A stretch of 64,000 bases of DNA, taken from NCBI GenBank assembly GCA_963823665.1, contig CAWGMQ010000007.1, positions 256,001-320,000 on the forward strand, written 5' to 3'. The notes under the pieces are model-generated. The model had not been told where the DNA came from. It did not search any database and worked only from the letters and a program-made list of their open reading frames with translations. Both the position numbers and the translations under genes were made by a program. This stretch comes from an uncultured Planctomycetota bacterium. GTDB taxonomy: Bacteria > Planctomycetota > Planctomycetia > Isosphaerales > Isosphaeraceae. This document shows positions 61,006 through 64,000 of this stretch, one piece after another (the stretch's first letter is position 1; every line of letters starts with the position of its first letter).

Positions 61006-62594
61006 ATGGGCTGGTTCGCGCGGGTGTTGCAATGGTTATTGGGGGGCCGCGATCGCGGGGCCAGCCGCGGTGCTGGCGCGTCGCCTGCGGTCGAGGCGGA
61101 CCCGTACTTCGCCGGGTCGCCCGCGCCGGTCATCAAGAAGTCGAAGAACTTCGAGCTTGATGCGGGTGCGTTCTTGCCGATCGCGCGTGAAGAGATTATC
61201 GGAACGGCGCGCGGGCGGAATCTGCTGGCGAATCCGTGGTTTGGAAGGCGTGATCAGATTCCGCCCGTTAGCGATCGGCGTACGGTGCTCATTGACCGCG
61301 CGATGGTGACTCAGGGGCTGATCACTCCGGAAGAGCTGGCCGAGATTCACAGCGCCGGCGAGGAGATGGAGCGGGTCAGGCCGAGCATCGCTGGTACGGA
61401 GCATCAGGCAGCGCTCGCGGGCTCTGCGGCGGTCGAGGCTGAGAATGAGGCCCGCTTGCGGCTCAAGGCTTTGAAGAAGGAAGAGGCTGCGCGGCGGCGA
61501 GAGGAGCGTCAAGCGGCGATTGCGCATCGGCGAGCGACCGACATCGTTTTTCTGGGCGCGGGGTTTCGGCGCAATTGCACGACCGACAGAGCGATCTCGA
61601 TCGTCTGGCCGCGGAGGGGCTGCCCTCGCTGAGCACGCCTGGGGAGCTGGCGGCGGCGCTCGGGCTTACGATTCCGCGCTTGCGCTGGCTGGCTTTCCAC
61701 AGCGAGGCGGCGACGGTTTCTCACTACATCCGGTTCACGATACCGAAGCGCAGCGGCGGCACGCGCACGCTGGCGACGCCGCACCGCACGATGGCGCGAA
61801 TGCAGCGCTGGATCTTGACCGAGATCGTGTCGAAGCTGCGGGTGGAATCGCATGCTCATGGTTTTGTGACCGGGCGCAGCATCCTGACGAATGCTCGCGA
61901 GCACGCGAACCGGGCGATTGTGGTGAATCTGGATTTGAAGGATTTCTTTCCGAGCATCGGGTTTCCGCGGGTGAGAAGTGTTTTCAAGAGCGCCGGATAT
62001 TCGCCGGCCGTGGCGACGATTCTGGCGCTCCTTTGCACGGAGTGCCCGCGACGGGCGATTGAGTACGACGGCGTGCGGTATTTCGCGGCGACCGGGCAGC
62101 GCGGGTTACCGCAAGGGGCGTGCACGAGCCCGGGGCTTTCAAACCTGGTGGCGAGGCGGCTGGACCGGCGTCTGGGCGGGCTCGCGGGCAAGCTGGGTAT
62201 CAGCTATTCGCGGTATGCAGATGATTTGACTTTTTCCGGCAATGGCGAACTCGAGGGGCGCGTCGGGTACTTGATGGCACGAGTGCGGCATATTGCGGAC
62301 GATGAAGGCTTCGCCGTGAATGAGGCTAAGAGCCGGGTGTTGCGGCGCAATACGGCGCAGATGGTGACGGGCCTGGTGGTGAACAGCCGGCCTGGGGTTG
62401 CCCGGGCGGAGGTGCGGCGGCTGCGGGCGATTTTGCATCGGGCGCGGACGGAAGGATTGGAGCGCCAGAATCGGGAGGGGCGGCGGGATTTTGTTGCCTG
62501 GCTGCGCGGGAAGATTGCGTTTGTGGCGATGGCGCGGCCGGAGGTGGGGGCGAAGCTGCTGGGTGACCTACAGAGTGTGCTGGGGAGGAGCTGA
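61006..62594 (+). CDS. Retron-type reverse transcriptase (Mx162-like, long N-terminal extension); frameshift near 61557
   Basis: IPKRSGG, AHGF, NAREH (region X NAxxH), LDLKDFFPSI, LPQGACTSP, YADD, VTGLVVN (region Y VTG). Confidence 0.93.
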
Positions 62595-62641
62595 GCTTTG
62601 AGAAGCCCTGCCCGATCTATCGCGACGGATAGCGCGAACGC
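62595..62641 (+). repeat. 47-bp imperfect direct repeat, copy 1 (copy 2 at 63952-63998)
   Basis: 40/47 identical by manual alignment, including ACGGATAGCGCGAACGC. Confidence 0.8.
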
Positions 62642-62706
62642 TCGGGCAGGGTCACAGATCGATCCGTCAGATGAAGGACGACGGCGTCAACGGGGAGCGC
62701 GGGGAT

Positions 62707-62916
62707 TTACTTGCTTTTATGACGACGACCGCCAATTAGCAGCAGGCCACCCGAGAGCAAGGCGATGGCACCCGTCGCCAAGCTGGGATCCATCTCAGGG
62801 GCCGTCGATCTTGCAACGGCCGTGGCCGAGCAAGCGCTCAGAACGAGTACAAATCCAACGGCCCATGAAACCGTTGGCAAAGCCTTTGGGGCCCACTTTG
62901 GCGAATCTGGCTTCAT
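62707..62916 (-). CDS. Tiny secreted protein with PEP-CTERM/VPEID-like sorting tail
   Basis: AAGGAGGT RBS; signal-like helix; APEMDPS + TM + RRHKSK. Confidence 0.65.
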   Translation of the reverse strand: MKPDSPKWAPKALPTVSWAVGFVLVLSACSATAVARSTAPEMDPSLATGAIALLSGGLLLIGGRRHKSK

Positions 62917-63637
62917 CGACAATACCTCCTTGGTAATTGAGGGGAACTCCGGGGGCAATGCGCCGCGGACGTGTGTTCATCATGATACTGCATCAAAACT
63001 GAAACCTGAGCCCAACATAAGCAATTGTTCTAGAACGTTCAACATGCTCGCACAGATTTCGGATCCGAACGAATCAGGACGGAGCGCAGAGGTCCTTGAT
63101 GTGGTGCCGGGGCGGTGGCGCACATGCGATTTCGACATCGCGGGAGGCTTCGCACGTGTCGCGCGTTGTCGAGGTAGGCACGGGCTCCCTCGTGCCGGTC
63201 TTGCCGCAACAAGTCTTTGAGGATGTAGCGTCTGCCAGCGGGTTCTACGAGGTCAAGCTCGCGGGCGGAATCTCGAGGCTGATGCTCGAGGACGCAAACC
63301 AGCCTCTAACAGAAGCGAACGAAGGAAACGATGGGGGAGACAATTCAACGGCATTCGTGATTCCTGGTATCATCACAAGCCGACGAATTACTCTCGTGGG
63401 GAGTCATCGGCCAATGTCTGATTCGGTTCGAGTGCTGCTGGACTCATTCGATGCTCTCTCGGAGACTGAACGCGCGGAGGGCTCGCGACGATGAGGTTCA
63501 CGGTCACGAAAGTCGTCGACGGCGCGTTCAGCTCCGATGAAGTTCGCCGGCTCACCCATTCGCCTTCGCAGGATGGAATCAGGAGCGGGGGTCAGAAATT
63601 CGTGTTATGCCTCAATAACGAGGACAGGACGGGGGCG

Positions 63638-63940
63638 TTAGCGGCGTGGTGCCGCTGACTTTGAGCCGCGGCGCGGCGCCCGCGCCAGAAACGCCGACGG
63701 AGCGATGGCGAAGTGCTCGGCGAGCTTGAGGACCTGCCCCTTGGTGAGGGAGCGTGCGCCGGAGAGGACTGCCGAGATGGTGGACTGCGCGATCCCGACC
63801 GATTTTGCCAAGTCCGTCTGGCTGAGACCGCCCGCTCGCATCAGCTCGCGAAGTACGTCGGACTCGGAGACATCCGCGATCGGGACGTGCGCCTCGTCGT
63901 AGCCGGCGATCAGGTCGGTCAAGACGCCGACGTAGTGCCG
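63638..63940 (-). pseudogene. HigA-like HTH antitoxin lacking its N-terminus
   Basis: YVGVLTDLIAGYDE...LSQTDLAKSVGIAQSTISAVLSGARSLT; upstream frame hits TAG inside the 47-bp repeat. Confidence 0.7.
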
Positions 63941-64000
63941 GGTCGAAACTGGCTTCGAAAAGCCCTTCCTGATGTTTCGCTACGGATAGCGCGAACGCCA

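Noticed and set aside
2799..62594. Many frameshifts read as programmed frameshifting or mass pseudogenisation
   Set aside because: They are single-base indels in GC runs spread evenly over housekeeping-like and accessory genes, most consistent with long-read error. Needs read-level confirmation.
61006..62594. RT as group II intron, DGR or Abi RT
   Set aside because: No maturase/endonuclease domain, no template/variable repeat pair seen, and the retron NAxxH and VTG motifs are present.
63413..63494. MSDSVRVLLDSFDALSETERAE short ORF
   Set aside because: Probably an antitoxin-like fragment, but too short to call.

Overview
High-GC bacterial window with a strong Planctomycetota flavour (inferred from Isosphaeraceae-style Ser/Thr kinases, ECF sigma factors and LEPR-xLL-type secreted proteins). 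Many genes carry single-base frameshifts that look like uncorrected long-read errors. Layout: (1) 0.5-6.4 kb TetR + YbhGFSR-like ABC exporter; (2) TPR kinase, TIM-barrel isomerase and an ECF sigma factor fused to a CxxCH motif and a SurA-like domain; (3) ~14.4-27 kb minus-strand array of small genes separated by attC-like palindromes, with no integrase in view (CALIN-like). It contains TA modules, two bS21-like genes and a pepsin-like protease; (4) 27-33 kb decayed ECF/kinase, GH64-like secreted protein, LRR gene and TA remnants; (5) 35.3-47.7 kb surface-glycan cluster, phosphatase, ROK and GmhA-like genes; (6) 48-62.6 kb co-oriented putative defence island: AAA_21 ATPase + DUF4276-like gene, a ~2,300-aa HEPN-motif/kinase/WD40 protein, and a Mx162-like retron locus. 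The retron order is ARM/HEAT gene - structured ncRNA (25-bp a1/a2 arms, long msd-like hairpin) - SWIM zinc-finger gene - RT, so the ncRNA lies 1.7 kb from its RT. The retron locus is the top candidate system.
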